Assembly: GCA_951812955.1 (NCBI GenBank)
Contig: OX638340.1
Span: forward strand, 2,976,001 to 3,040,000
From: an uncultured Gemmatimonadota bacterium
GTDB taxonomy: Bacteria > JAAXHH01
Direction of reading: 5' to 3'
Length of the DNA: 64,000 nt
The notes under the pieces are model-generated. The model was given only the letters and a program-made list of their open reading frames with translations, made no database searches and was not told the origin of the DNA. Below are positions 21,001 to 28,688 of the stretch, in pieces. The position numbers and the translations under genes are program-made. Position 1 is the first letter of the stretch. Each line of letters begins with the position of its first letter.

Positions 21001-21401
21001 AGAAGGCCTTCCTGGCTCAGTCGGGTTTCGGTGTCGAAGACGTAGGACAGCACGGACGTTCGCCACAGTTTTTTGAATTGAGCCGCACTGCGAAGTCGGT
21101 AATATTGGTCAAAAGAGAGGACCAGGGGCACGCGGCGGCCAAGCCCCCGTTCTGCGTCTATGAAAGCCAGTAGCAGGAGGTCGGGATAGACGACGGTCCG
21201 GCCGCCCAAAGGCAACGGCCGGTCGGAGAGGGTACGCAGTGCCGGTCTGTTTTGCCCGCGGGCGATTTCGTCGACCTCATCGAAAGCAACGACGTGCAGG
21301 CGTGCGCTTTCGAGCCGGATCGCCGGGCCTTCCGCCAGTGCGGAGAAGGTCCACAGGGATATCAGCACGTGGCTGAAGACAATCGGACAAATGCGTTTCA
21401 T
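15099..21401 (-). CDS. giant (2100 aa) secreted/outer-membrane protein, SprA-like (type IX secretion translocon / cell-surface protein SprA family) candidate
   Basis: Signal peptide MKRICPIVFSHVLISLWTFSALA; 2100 aa with beta-rich composition throughout. Size, architecture and lineage context resemble SprA of FCB-group bacteria. Assignment is by recollection, not alignment. Confidence 0.4.
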   Translation of the reverse strand: MKRICPIVFSHVLISLWTFSALAEGPAIRLESARLHVVAFDEVDEIARGQNRPALRTLSDRPLPLGGRTVVYPDLLLLAFIDAERGLGRRVPLVLSFDQYYRLRSAAQFKKLWRTSVLSYVFDTETRLSQEGLLTLDLPVNLPTFLGGGTPVIRILGNQRIEMDMASEWTEGSASTATNRFSRAPNISMKQNQEFTVSGNIGQKVEVNIKQNSEAFTDLDNNLAIRYQDVYDDGRDGNGILKSFEAGNVSLDLKNTEFTGYTQQHTGLFGVKMTGQLGSFHLTAIASQEKGEGESATFQAGTKGSQRVIRDLDFRRRTYYFIDEQYRRDFSRRDVNGSRVAPDDSVRVIQVYVSGRLTLTNQAKLVNANAYPDPPVYDSEDVLIQGSEAGEFVEGKFRYLESDEFYVNQQFGYIALNTPLQEDDMLGVYYETVNQNGEVKKYGRLEGDVPLLRLLKRQQERPPAAPDDPAQWDTWQYEWRNVYYLGQTDIDPNNFELRIYQLQSEGEHSEVDENGTPFIQLLGLDRRGVDPGSEPDRIVDIDYALFNFERGELIFPDQYPFAPALTVTSAGQLAYPNTQGEGLPDETPGFYNLSSEQIFSQHSRLNKYFLEVEYRNQLSQYSLGRTNIIEGSEIVRLNGQQLQRGTDYIILYEVGQIRFTNEEALTPDADVTVQFQFAPFFKPVSNTLMGFQGEYQFSEQSWIKGTFLYRSDKSLEQKSRIGRETGRYMMWGIDTRLAFEPDFLTSFVDFISPADLADESSSLIIEAELAQSVPNPNILGDGFIDDFEGSKEETDLGVRRSGWRPASPPDRYEHQQRGRMIWYNPLEQVDVRQIYPTREVTGRDQLQHVLIMEYDPTEPDLRWGGLSADSTFSAPGRENGQGDVLNRWAGLMHPLSGANVDQTRSRFIEIWVNGNRGELHIDLGAISEDVNGNDSLDTEDDRSGGFGNNLLEPEEDIGMDGLRDEEEAGYDPVSNPDPHGDNFHFKGTKGGSVPVDQVDYSKINGPEVNANDPDQNRRPDTEDLDYSGFLDLQNDYFEFAVNLSPDHDDTVLVAGGDLDRSNWGNPDSWRMYRIPLDTEILGATAGVDPSLDGMDRQDGADVETAEGAAGLANRAYAGSVGMPTFERIEMVRLWITEVDEPVKTRIASINIVGNQWQEDFTGAITDSTGNPVPASALSAAGETFDVAVKNTYDNPGEYTSPPGAIIEYDRVTGLQNKEQSLIITYTNLQPHHSAQAYRTLFSDQDYTLYNTLRLYIHGSDNFEPGRSPEFFIRFGSGEFDYYEYRTRVLPGWDEANHLRVVFDDLTVLKSETETARRTVTTTDTTYAVTLSDGISRPVRFKDGPRNEGLTLAIVELEGNRQYRVLGSPALARVRHITVGIYNPYDQVLVGGELWLDELRAGDVRRDRGLAGRLKFDADLADVLSVFGTVRSVGSHFRRIGGEESGSRSTLINFSSLLNLGNMLPEDWGLSIPLRLRWKNDLRLPRLQVGSDIVLLNQEQREAQRTENNDRSFSASFSKRIGSRNPFVAWTLERFRFDFTSTSYFRHSVSRIDTSGSYRARLHYNLTPRSKIQWPILRWMPLPESISGLTFNPLPVRLELFSEVNRDRRIYLNRARQSVVAGNTGETEAASTDRGERFIRYLNRNIRAIMEPFGSLRMNYNLAVSNDMKSDSTVSFTKLEFGPETSYRQNLGVDYRPGITTWFRPSYNFTTSYAENRNPQLQLVGASPSARTITFSNQQGVRTNVNLARMVSNVLGESSRRSSPEDAGWFRRNVSDRLAAVLSNFTPVTLNYTISRNQNFFNAVSRPTLRERMGLSDSFSVLFDTLGSGGGVTGIQRNQESEANRSSFNLGTGIRLRGATLSIRPTWVSTHNRSSNLNRKQNNTTWPEVNLRWSPNLRSMGDFGRSFRRIELSSGYSRRKGKNTDLGQVAPAVAQGSAGDTDPGEAGITRTTTTSLSPLIGFVFDLNAGVVIRGNFTTLDGLTEFGRNATDQKQQNRSLTVAVDYRLRSGIRIFGKRTSGDINARLQYTRNTNETLISRIAGDFQPSNGQNQNRFSVTTDYRFSRYIRGGVTLEFTNTLNVITRQKRIRRGGGLWTEFVFN

Positions 21402-21975
21402 AGATTAACGAAAATAAACCGGGGGAGCGACACTCGCAACACCTGATCATACGTTGGAAGGACGCCCGGCGGGTACCTCGCGTTCCATGGCGGGAACCCG
21501 GAGGTAAAAGACTTGACAGGGACCGGAGCCGGGATTAGGGTACACGGGAACCGCTCGGAATCCGATTTCAATAAAGAACCCCGGAGTTCGCTTCCCATGG
21601 AACAGCAAACCGCCGAATTGACCACGGGTGGATGGGTCTTTCTCGTGATCGCATGGACCGTGATCACAGGGTTGACCGCCGCTTGTTTTCTCCGGGTAAG
21701 AAAGCTGAAATAGGATTCTGCCCCCGCCAGGTTGTCCTGGGGTCTCCCGTTTCGTCTTCCAGTCCGCCTCCCTCTCCGCCTTAAATCGCTGCCGATCCTC
21801 CGGCGTCGATTACCAGCCGTCAGCCCCGAACCACGTGCTTCGAACAACGCGTCATCCCGTCCCGAACGCGGCATGCCGTCCCATTCTAAATGCGCGCCCT
21901 GCTTGACATTTGGGCGTTTTTGCCGTATCCTGTAACGGTTTTCCCGACTTGGAATGATGCCTGCAAAGGACAGCC

Positions 21976-22233
21976 ATGCGGATCATCGTCAAATGTTTCG
22001 CCGGGTGCAGAGACGCGGTAGGCTCGACATCGGTCTCCGTGGAGTTCCCGGACGGCACCACCGTGGGCGAGGCCTTTGCGGAGCTCATTGATTCATATCC
22101 CGCACTGGCGAGTTATGACCGGAGCGTGATGCTGGCCGTGAACCGCGATTACGCCGACCGGCAGGTCGTGCTCGCGGATGGCGACGAACTGGCGTGCATT
22201 CCGCCTGTGAGCGGCGGCGCTACACGGCGTTGA
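21976..22233 (+). CDS. moaD: MoaD/ThiS-family sulfur-carrier protein with 4-residue extension after the Gly-Gly
   Basis: 85 aa beta-grasp; ends ...IPPVSGG-ATRR; adjacent to moaE. Confidence 0.65.
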   Translation: MRIIVKCFAGCRDAVGSTSVSVEFPDGTTVGEAFAELIDSYPALASYDRSVMLAVNRDYADRQVVLADGDELACIPPVSGGATRR

Positions 22234-22317
22234 CGCGGATCAGCAGAGGCTGATTCAGTCACCGGCGTTTACGCGGTTCAGCGGCGGCAGTCTTCGATAA
22301 AGGACGAAATCAGGCCC

Positions 22318-22731
22318 GTGTACAAGATCATTGACGAATACATCAAGCCGGATGCCCTCTTCGAGTGGTCCCTCAAGCCCCATCACGGCGCAGTAGTCAC
22401 CTTCGCCGGTACCGTGCGGGACAATACGGATGGCCGGCGGACGCTGCGGCTGGAATACGAGGCCTATGCCGAGATGGCCGAAGCCAAGATGCGGGAAGTG
22501 GGCGCGGAAATCCGCGAAAGATGGGGTATTGAAGACGTCGCCATGATTCATCGGGTCGGCACACTCGAAATCGGGGAGATCAGCATCCTGATCTCCGTGG
22601 CGTCCCCTCACCGCAAGAACGCATTCGAGGCCTGTTCCTACGCGATCGACCGCGTCAAGCAGATCGTGCCCGTCTGGAAGAAGGAAATCTGGGCAGACGG
22701 GGAGCGGGAATGGGTGGAACGTAATACCTGA
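22318..22731 (+). CDS. moaE: molybdopterin synthase catalytic subunit MoaE
   Basis: 137 aa; conserved MoaE segments (GAVVTFAGTVRD..., ISVASPHRKNAFEACSYAIDRVKQIVPVWKKE). Confidence 0.8.
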   Translation: MYKIIDEYIKPDALFEWSLKPHHGAVVTFAGTVRDNTDGRRTLRLEYEAYAEMAEAKMREVGAEIRERWGIEDVAMIHRVGTLEIGEISILISVASPHRKNAFEACSYAIDRVKQIVPVWKKEIWADGEREWVERNT

Positions 22732-22746
22732 AATCCGGTCCCTGTC

Positions 22747-23898
22747 ATGATAAACCTAGACCACGGCGCGGCGCCGCCGGTTGACTCCCGTGTCATCGAA
22801 GAGATGGCGCCCTGCCTCCGCGAATACACCGGCAATCCTTCAAGCCTTCACCAGGCGGGTGCGCTTGCGCGCAACGTACTGGAACTGGCACGCGGCCGGG
22901 TCTCGGCACTGATCGGTGCCGATCCCGGCGAGATCGTATTCACCGCAAACGGAACGGAAGCGGACAACCTGGCCGTCAAGGGCCTGGCCCAGGCGAGAGC
23001 GAATCACGGGCGGCACATCGTCATTTCCAGTATCGAGCATCATGCCGTGCTGTATGCCGCGAAGGCGATGGAACGACAGGGATTCACGGTCACCCAGGTT
23101 CCGGCGGACGGGGACGGCATCGTGCCGCCCGACGGGATTGCGCGGGCCATGCGGGACGACACCATCCTCGTCTCCGTTACGCTCGCTAACGACGAAACAG
23201 GTACGATACAGCCCGTGCGCGAAATCGCCGAGATCGCCCACGGCAACGGTGCGGTCATCCATTCCGATGCCGTGGCCGCGATGGGGCGCCTGCCTGTAGA
23301 TGTTCACGATTTAGAGGTCGATGCCTTGTCCATTTCCGCCCGACCCCTGAACGGCCCGCCCGGCGCCGGCGCCCTCTATGTGAAGGAGGGTACCCGGCTT
23401 CGTCCCCAGGTGGAAGGGGGCGTGCAGGAAGACGGCCGCCGCGGCGGACATGAGAACATCCCCGCAATCGTGGGTTTCGGCAGGGCGGCGGAACTGGCGG
23501 CGGTGGAGTTGCCGGCCCGGATCGACCGATTGAAGCGGCTGGATGCATCGATGTTTCTTGGCCTGAAGGACCGCCTGCCGGATGTCTCCATCAATGGGCA
23601 CGAGACCCTGCGTCTGCCCGGGCACCTGAACCTGTGGATACCGGAGGTCGACGGGGAATCCCTGGTCCTGATGCTCGACGCCCGGGGGATTGCCGCTTCC
23701 GTTGGATCCTCCTGCACCGCCCAGGTGTCCAAGCCGTCCCACGTGCTTCTGGCCCTGGGACGGACGGCGGCCGAAGCCCGCTGCTCGCTGCTGCTCACCG
23801 CCGGTCCGGACACGGCCGAAGGCGAGGTCGGCGAGGCACTTGACGCCCTGACCGAGGTCGTGGGAGCGTTGCGGGCCATCGCGGGTGTGAGCGCATGA
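22747..23898 (+). CDS. class-V aminotransferase / cysteine desulfurase homolog (IscS/NifS family) lacking the canonical PLP lysine
   Basis: Fold-typical motifs (GNPSSLH, catalytic-loop GSSCTA). The expected S-x-S-x-H-K-x-x-G-P-K-G region reads SISARPLNGPPGAG, with Lys replaced by Pro. Confidence 0.6.
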   Translation: MINLDHGAAPPVDSRVIEEMAPCLREYTGNPSSLHQAGALARNVLELARGRVSALIGADPGEIVFTANGTEADNLAVKGLAQARANHGRHIVISSIEHHAVLYAAKAMERQGFTVTQVPADGDGIVPPDGIARAMRDDTILVSVTLANDETGTIQPVREIAEIAHGNGAVIHSDAVAAMGRLPVDVHDLEVDALSISARPLNGPPGAGALYVKEGTRLRPQVEGGVQEDGRRGGHENIPAIVGFGRAAELAAVELPARIDRLKRLDASMFLGLKDRLPDVSINGHETLRLPGHLNLWIPEVDGESLVLMLDARGIAASVGSSCTAQVSKPSHVLLALGRTAAEARCSLLLTAGPDTAEGEVGEALDALTEVVGALRAIAGVSA

Positions 23899-24128
23899 TG
23901 AGGCCGGCAATGACCCTGGATACATTCGGCCTGCTCTGTCCCGTGCCGATCATGAAAACCGCGTCGGCCATCCGGGAGATCTCCGTGGGCGAAGTCCTGG
24001 AAGTGCTGGCAGACGATCCCCAGATCCTGGAGGACATGCCGGCCTGGTGCGCGAGTAATGGACACGCGCTGCTCGACACCATAGAGGAAAACGAGGAATT
24101 CAAACTATACGTGCGAAAGGTAAAGTGA
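23895..24128 (+). CDS. tusA: TusA-family sulfurtransferase
   Basis: 77 aa with LCPVP (CPxP) motif; 4-nt overlap with upstream desulfurase homolog. Confidence 0.8.
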   Translation: MMRPAMTLDTFGLLCPVPIMKTASAIREISVGEVLEVLADDPQILEDMPAWCASNGHALLDTIEENEEFKLYVRKVK

Positions 24129-24232
24129 TTGCTCTGGCGTATCGCCGGATGTAGATTGCGCATCGAGATTCAGTTCGCGCGAAAGAATTTAGTAGGAACG
24201 AAACGCCGATATGCCACCGGTAGGAGAAAAAG

Positions 24233-25318
24233 ATGGCCCATGAAGTGACCATGCGGGACGTGGTGGACCGACTGAAGCAGATCATGTACCCGGGATTCGA
24301 CCGCGACATCGTCTCCTTCGGCCTGGTTAAGAACGTACAGGCCTCCGGCGGCCACGTGGCCTTCAGCCTGGCCTTTTCCACGCAGGACGAAGCTTTGCGG
24401 CGTCAGATCACCATGACGGCGAAAGAAGCGGTGGAGCGCATTCCCGGTGTGCACGACGTGCAGATCACCGGTCCGCCGCCGGGACAATCGGCCACGGCAC
24501 AGGGCCCCGCGGCGGGGCAATCGGGACAGCCCGGACAGCCCGGGCAGCCCGGCAAGATCGAACTGCCCGGCGTAAAGACCATCGTGGCAGTGGCCAGCGG
24601 CAAGGGCGGCGTGGGCAAATCCACGGTCTCGGTGAACCTGTCGGTGGCCCTGGCCGACGCCGGCGCGAGCGTGGGCTTGCTCGATGCAGATATTTACGGC
24701 CCCAGCATACCGACGATGATGGGCGTCAAGGACCAGCCCGGGGTGGTCGGTCAGAAAATCCTGCCCATGATCGCCCACGACATAAAGATGATGTCCTTCG
24801 GCTTCCTGATCCCGGAGGACCAGTCGGTCACCTGGCGCGGACCCATGGTCCACCAGGCCGTGCAGCAACTGCTGCGCGACGTCCTGTGGGGAGAACTGGA
24901 CTGCCTCGTCATCGACATGCCGCCGGGCACGGGAGACGCGCACCTTACGCTTACCCAGTCCGTGCCACTGACCGGCGGTCTGGTAGTAACGACGCCGCAG
25001 GACGTGGCCCTCATCGACGCGCGGCGCGGCGTGGCCATGTTCCAGCAGGTCAACGTACCCATACTCGGCATCATCGAAAACATGAGCTATTTCAAATGTC
25101 CCCACTGCGGCGACCGTACGGATATCTTCACGACGGGCGGAGGGAGAAAGGCCAGCGAAGCGCTGGGCGTGCCCTTCGTCGGCGAATTGCCCATCGATCC
25201 GGCGGTCTGCCTGGCGGGCGACCAGGGTACCCCCATCGTCCGGAGGGAACCGGACTCGCAGCAGACGGATGCCTTCCGCCAGGTGGCGGACACGTTGCGG
25301 CAATCGATCGGGGTATAA
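24233..25318 (+). CDS. apbC: Mrp/ApbC/NBP35-family Fe-S cluster carrier ATPase with N-terminal MIP18/DUF59 domain
   Basis: P-loop VASGKGGVGKST, CPHCG Fe-S ligand motif, DUF59-like N-terminus; GQSGQPGQPGQPG linker insertion. Confidence 0.85.
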   Translation: MAHEVTMRDVVDRLKQIMYPGFDRDIVSFGLVKNVQASGGHVAFSLAFSTQDEALRRQITMTAKEAVERIPGVHDVQITGPPPGQSATAQGPAAGQSGQPGQPGQPGKIELPGVKTIVAVASGKGGVGKSTVSVNLSVALADAGASVGLLDADIYGPSIPTMMGVKDQPGVVGQKILPMIAHDIKMMSFGFLIPEDQSVTWRGPMVHQAVQQLLRDVLWGELDCLVIDMPPGTGDAHLTLTQSVPLTGGLVVTTPQDVALIDARRGVAMFQQVNVPILGIIENMSYFKCPHCGDRTDIFTTGGGRKASEALGVPFVGELPIDPAVCLAGDQGTPIVRREPDSQQTDAFRQVADTLRQSIGV

Positions 25319-25332
25319 AGGGGAAAGCGACC

Positions 25333-26373
25333 ATGTCCAAATCCGTGAAAGCAGTCGGACTGCTGTCCGGCGGCCTGGACAGTACGATCGCGGCCGCCAT
25401 GCTGATGCGCCAGGGCATCGAAGTCCAGGGACTCACGTTCTACACCGGTTTCTGCGTGGTGGAACACAATCGAAGGTCCAAGACGCGGAAGCGCAAGAAA
25501 CCGGTGCGCAACGAGGCCCTGCAGGCCGGCGCCAAACTGGACTTGCCCGTGGAGATGATCGACATATCGGGACCGGACTACCTCAAGGTACTCACTGATC
25601 CCAAATACGGATACGGCTCGGCCGTGAACCCGTGTATCGACTGCCGCATTTTCATGTTCCGGCGTGCCCGTCAGTACATGGACGAGATCGGCGCCCAGTT
25701 CATGTTTACCGGCGAGGTCCTCGGACAGCGGCCCATGTCACAGCGCCGCCAGCCCATGAATGTCATCGACCGGGACGCGGAGCTGGACGGCCTGCTGCTG
25801 CGGCCGCTTTCCGCCAAGAAGCTGCCGCCCACGGTGCCGGAAGAGAAGGGGTGGGTCGACCGGGAGCAACTGGGCGACATCCAGGGCCGTTCCAGGCAGC
25901 AACAGATGGAGCTGGCCGAGGAGTACGGCATCGAGGACTATCCATCCCCCGCGGGTGGATGCTGCTTTCTGACCGACAAGAACTTCGGCCGGCGCATCCT
26001 CGACTTCTTCGAACACGAGGGCAAAGAGAACCTGACCATGGACGACGTGATGCTGCTCAAGATCGGCCGCCACTTCCGCGTCAAGCCCGACGTGAAGGTG
26101 GTGATGGGCAGGGAAGAAGGGGAGAACAAGTTCCTCGAACGCTACACGCCCGGCCGGTGGAGACTGGAGACGAAGGACGTCACGGGTCCGACCACCCTCG
26201 TCGAGGGCCATCCTACCGACGACGACCTCCGGCGGATCGCCGGCATGACCGTACGGTACGCGGGGTCGAAGGCCGATCCCGGCGCCACAGTGGCCTGCCG
26301 CTACGAAGATTCCGAGCGCACCCTCGAGCCGTCCCCGGTGGAAGAGTCTGTTGTGGAGGAATGGCGGATATAG
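25333..26373 (+). CDS. PP-loop ATP pyrophosphatase, MnmA-like tRNA 2-thiouridylase candidate
   Basis: SGGLDS PP-loop at N-terminus and NPCIDC segment resembling the MnmA catalytic PNPDxxCN region; 347 aa; lies in the sulfur-relay neighbourhood. Confidence 0.5.
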   Translation: MSKSVKAVGLLSGGLDSTIAAAMLMRQGIEVQGLTFYTGFCVVEHNRRSKTRKRKKPVRNEALQAGAKLDLPVEMIDISGPDYLKVLTDPKYGYGSAVNPCIDCRIFMFRRARQYMDEIGAQFMFTGEVLGQRPMSQRRQPMNVIDRDAELDGLLLRPLSAKKLPPTVPEEKGWVDREQLGDIQGRSRQQQMELAEEYGIEDYPSPAGGCCFLTDKNFGRRILDFFEHEGKENLTMDDVMLLKIGRHFRVKPDVKVVMGREEGENKFLERYTPGRWRLETKDVTGPTTLVEGHPTDDDLRRIAGMTVRYAGSKADPGATVACRYEDSERTLEPSPVEESVVEEWRI

Positions 26374-26569
26374 GGTATAACGAATTGCCGGCCTGAGAAG
26401 TCATCAGCGTGCAAATCGACCATAAAACCCACTTGCCTGACAGCTCTAAAGCCGGATAACCGGTTTTTGTTCGCTAGATTGTGAATACCAATCTCGACTG
26501 AAATAAGTAGCTATATTGAGGCTACAAGGAGATCGTTCATTGTGAATGCTGTTACAGTGAAGAATCTCC

Positions 26570-26612
26570 TCTTGTTCGCTATTGACAAGTGATTATTGTC
26601 ACTTTACATTCT
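26570..26612 (+). promoter_or_regulatory. sigma70-like promoter with palindromic operator upstream of higBA
   Basis: TTGACA (26582-26587) with TATTGT/TACATT -10 candidates; perfect inverted repeat AAGTGA-ttattg-TCACTT at 26587-26604 overlaps the promoter. Confidence 0.45.
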
Positions 26613-26614
26613 GA

Positions 26615-26893
26615 ATGGTACGCAGCTTCCGACATCGTGGACTCAGACGCCTCTACAAGCGCGGCGATGCCAGCCTCATTCGTACCGACCTGCGCGAAAG
26701 AGTCGAAGTGATGCTGGCACAACTCGAAGTGGCAGGTACCGTGAACGCTATGCGCCTGCCTCGATACCGGTTACACGCTCTCAAAGGAGATCTTAAAGGC
26801 TACTGGTCGGTCACCGTGAAGGCCAACTGGCGCATCACCTTCCGCTTCGAGCACGGGGATGTCTACGACGTAGATTTGACTGATTACCACTGA
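26615..26893 (+). CDS. higB: HigB toxin (RelE/ParE superfamily mRNA interferase)
   Basis: 92 aa; N-terminal RSFRHRGLRRLYK matches the HigB 'plasmid maintenance system killer' signature; followed by HTH antitoxin. Confidence 0.75.
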   Translation: MVRSFRHRGLRRLYKRGDASLIRTDLRERVEVMLAQLEVAGTVNAMRLPRYRLHALKGDLKGYWSVTVKANWRITFRFEHGDVYDVDLTDYH

Positions 26894-26910
26894 AGAAAGT
26901 AGGACTGAAA

Positions 26911-27204
26911 ATGCCCATGAAGAACCCGCCACATCCCGGTAAGGTGGTACGCGTGTCGTGCCTGGAACCGCTCAACCTCAGCGTGACCGATGGCGCGAAG
27001 GTGTTGGGCGTCAGCCGTCAGGCGCTATCGAATCTGGTGAATTGCCATTCGCGGATTTCCGGCGACATGGCGGTCCGGCTGGCAAAGGCCTTCGGCTCGA
27101 CCACGGAGACCTGGATACGTCTTCAGGCGGCTTACGACATCGCCCAGGCACAGGACCGAGAGGATCAGATCGAGGTTGAGCGTTACGTTCCACATGCGGT
27201 CTGA
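26911..27204 (+). CDS. higA: HigA antitoxin (XRE-family HTH)
   Basis: 97 aa; HTH segment DGAKVLGVSRQALSNLVN; toxin-first HigBA order. Confidence 0.75.
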   Translation: MPMKNPPHPGKVVRVSCLEPLNLSVTDGAKVLGVSRQALSNLVNCHSRISGDMAVRLAKAFGSTTETWIRLQAAYDIAQAQDREDQIEVERYVPHAV

Positions 27205-27210
27205 TCAACT

Positions 27211-27879
27211 ATGACCGATCTCCCCGTTATAGAACGCACCTCCAACAGTTTGCCCGAGGTTTACGCGTCCATCATCTGGCTCCATGGTCTGGGGGCGGAC
27301 GGCGGCGATTTTGCGCCGATTGTTTCGCAACTGGGGCTGCCGGCGTCCTACGCGGTCCGTTTCGTGTTTCCGTCCGCGCCATCCATTGCAGTGACGATCA
27401 ACCAGGGGATGGTCATGCCCGCATGGTACGATATCCTGGAACTGGGCGGCGCCCGGTGTCACGACGAAACCGGGTTACGCGCTTCCGCGGGCAAGGTGCA
27501 GGCATTGATGCGACGGGAGATCGATCGGGGCGTACCGAGTGAACGAATCCTGCTGGCGGGCTTTTCCCAGGGCGGCGCGGTCTGTCTCGAAGCCGGGTTG
27601 TCGTTCCAACGCCGACTCGGCGGCATCATGGCCCTGTCTACCTATTTTCCGACGGCCGACAGCGTCATCGTGCATCCGGCTCAGAACAGGCTTCCCGTAC
27701 TGGTGTGCCATGGTTCGATGGACCCGATGCTGGACGTATCCCTGGGGCGCAACGCCGCAGAAGCCCTCAGTCGATTGGGCCTGGTTCCGGAATACAAGGT
27801 ATATCCCATGGCACACGAGGTGTCTCCACAGGAAATCATCCGGATCGGCCAGTGGATCCGTGCCATACTGGGGAACTGA
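27211..27879 (+). CDS. phospholipase/carboxylesterase-family alpha/beta hydrolase
   Basis: GFSQGG nucleophile elbow; 222 aa; LHGLGADGGDF N-terminal motif. Confidence 0.7.
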   Translation: MTDLPVIERTSNSLPEVYASIIWLHGLGADGGDFAPIVSQLGLPASYAVRFVFPSAPSIAVTINQGMVMPAWYDILELGGARCHDETGLRASAGKVQALMRREIDRGVPSERILLAGFSQGGAVCLEAGLSFQRRLGGIMALSTYFPTADSVIVHPAQNRLPVLVCHGSMDPMLDVSLGRNAAEALSRLGLVPEYKVYPMAHEVSPQEIIRIGQWIRAILGN

Positions 27880-27890
27880 GTGGTGGTTTA

Positions 27891-28688
27891 CTAAGGCGGC
27901 GCATTGGAAGTTTTTGGATTCAATTCGCCGGTTCGAACGCTCATCAGATTCGCCGCGTTATCCTCCAGAAGAGCCTTGGCTGCGTCGTCCGAAAGATCGT
28001 TGACCACCCGCGCCACGGCCGCAGACGGCATGAAAACCGGGGCGTGGGAACCGAATAGCAACTTGCCCCCGAGTCCCGCGTCCACAAGCATCTTCACACT
28101 GTCCACTCCGTCCACCTGGGATGTATCCGCGTAAAAACCGGGTAGTTCGCGTAGCTCCTCCTTGAAGTCCCTCAGGACGGTCACGCTCGCCCCTCCGATA
28201 ACAAGCTTCAGTTCGGGGTGGCGCTTCGCCCCTTCCACCACGTCTCGTGCCGGTACGTCGGGAACCATGGCCAATGGGTGATGGCGTCTCGGGTCATCGA
28301 TCCGAACCTGGACCATCACGACCAGGCACGCTCGTCGCGCTTCTTCGAGCAAATCATCCGTCGCGGCTAAGCCATACCCGCCGTAACCAGGCAGCAGCTT
28401 GATCATACGGACGGCATGATGTACGGCAGCCTTTTCCAACTCCTCCGGCCAGGTGGGCAGCGTCGGGTCGATGACCGGCACGGGCCTGACGTCATCAAAC
28501 TTTTTTACCGCTTCGTAAACCTCCGAGTTAGATAGATGTGGATTGGCACTCCACGCGGCTGCCAGCGGGGCCATGAATATGCGTTCGACCCCCAGATTCC
28601 GTAGCGATGCACGTACCGACGCCACATCGTGCGGTACGTTGACCAGCGCCGGCCATGGCCCAGCCCAGGCGTTGACGTCGATGATCAT
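27891..28688 (-). CDS. amidohydrolase-2 (TIM-barrel metal-dependent hydrolase) family protein
   Basis: Likely start MIIDVNAW (28688); the listed ORF extends to 28784. Amidohydrolase_2-like. Confidence 0.5.
   Translation of the reverse strand: MIIDVNAWAGPWPALVNVPHDVASVRASLRNLGVERIFMAPLAAAWSANPHLSNSEVYEAVKKFDDVRPVPVIDPTLPTWPEELEKAAVHHAVRMIKLLPGYGGYGLAATDDLLEEARRACLVVMVQVRIDDPRRHHPLAMVPDVPARDVVEGAKRHPELKLVIGGASVTVLRDFKEELRELPGFYADTSQVDGVDSVKMLVDAGLGGKLLFGSHAPVFMPSAAVARVVNDLSDDAAKALLEDNAANLMSVRTGELNPKTSNAPP

Noticed and set aside
19479-21173. 564-aa plus-strand ORF (and others at 17511-18308, 18450-19280) inside the SprA-like gene
   Set aside because: Antisense shadows of the 6.3-kb gene in GC-rich sequence.
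25632-26396. 254-aa alternative-frame ORF inside the mnmA-like gene; also 24170..25303 minus antisense to apbC
   Set aside because: Out-of-frame or antisense overlaps of motif-supported genes.
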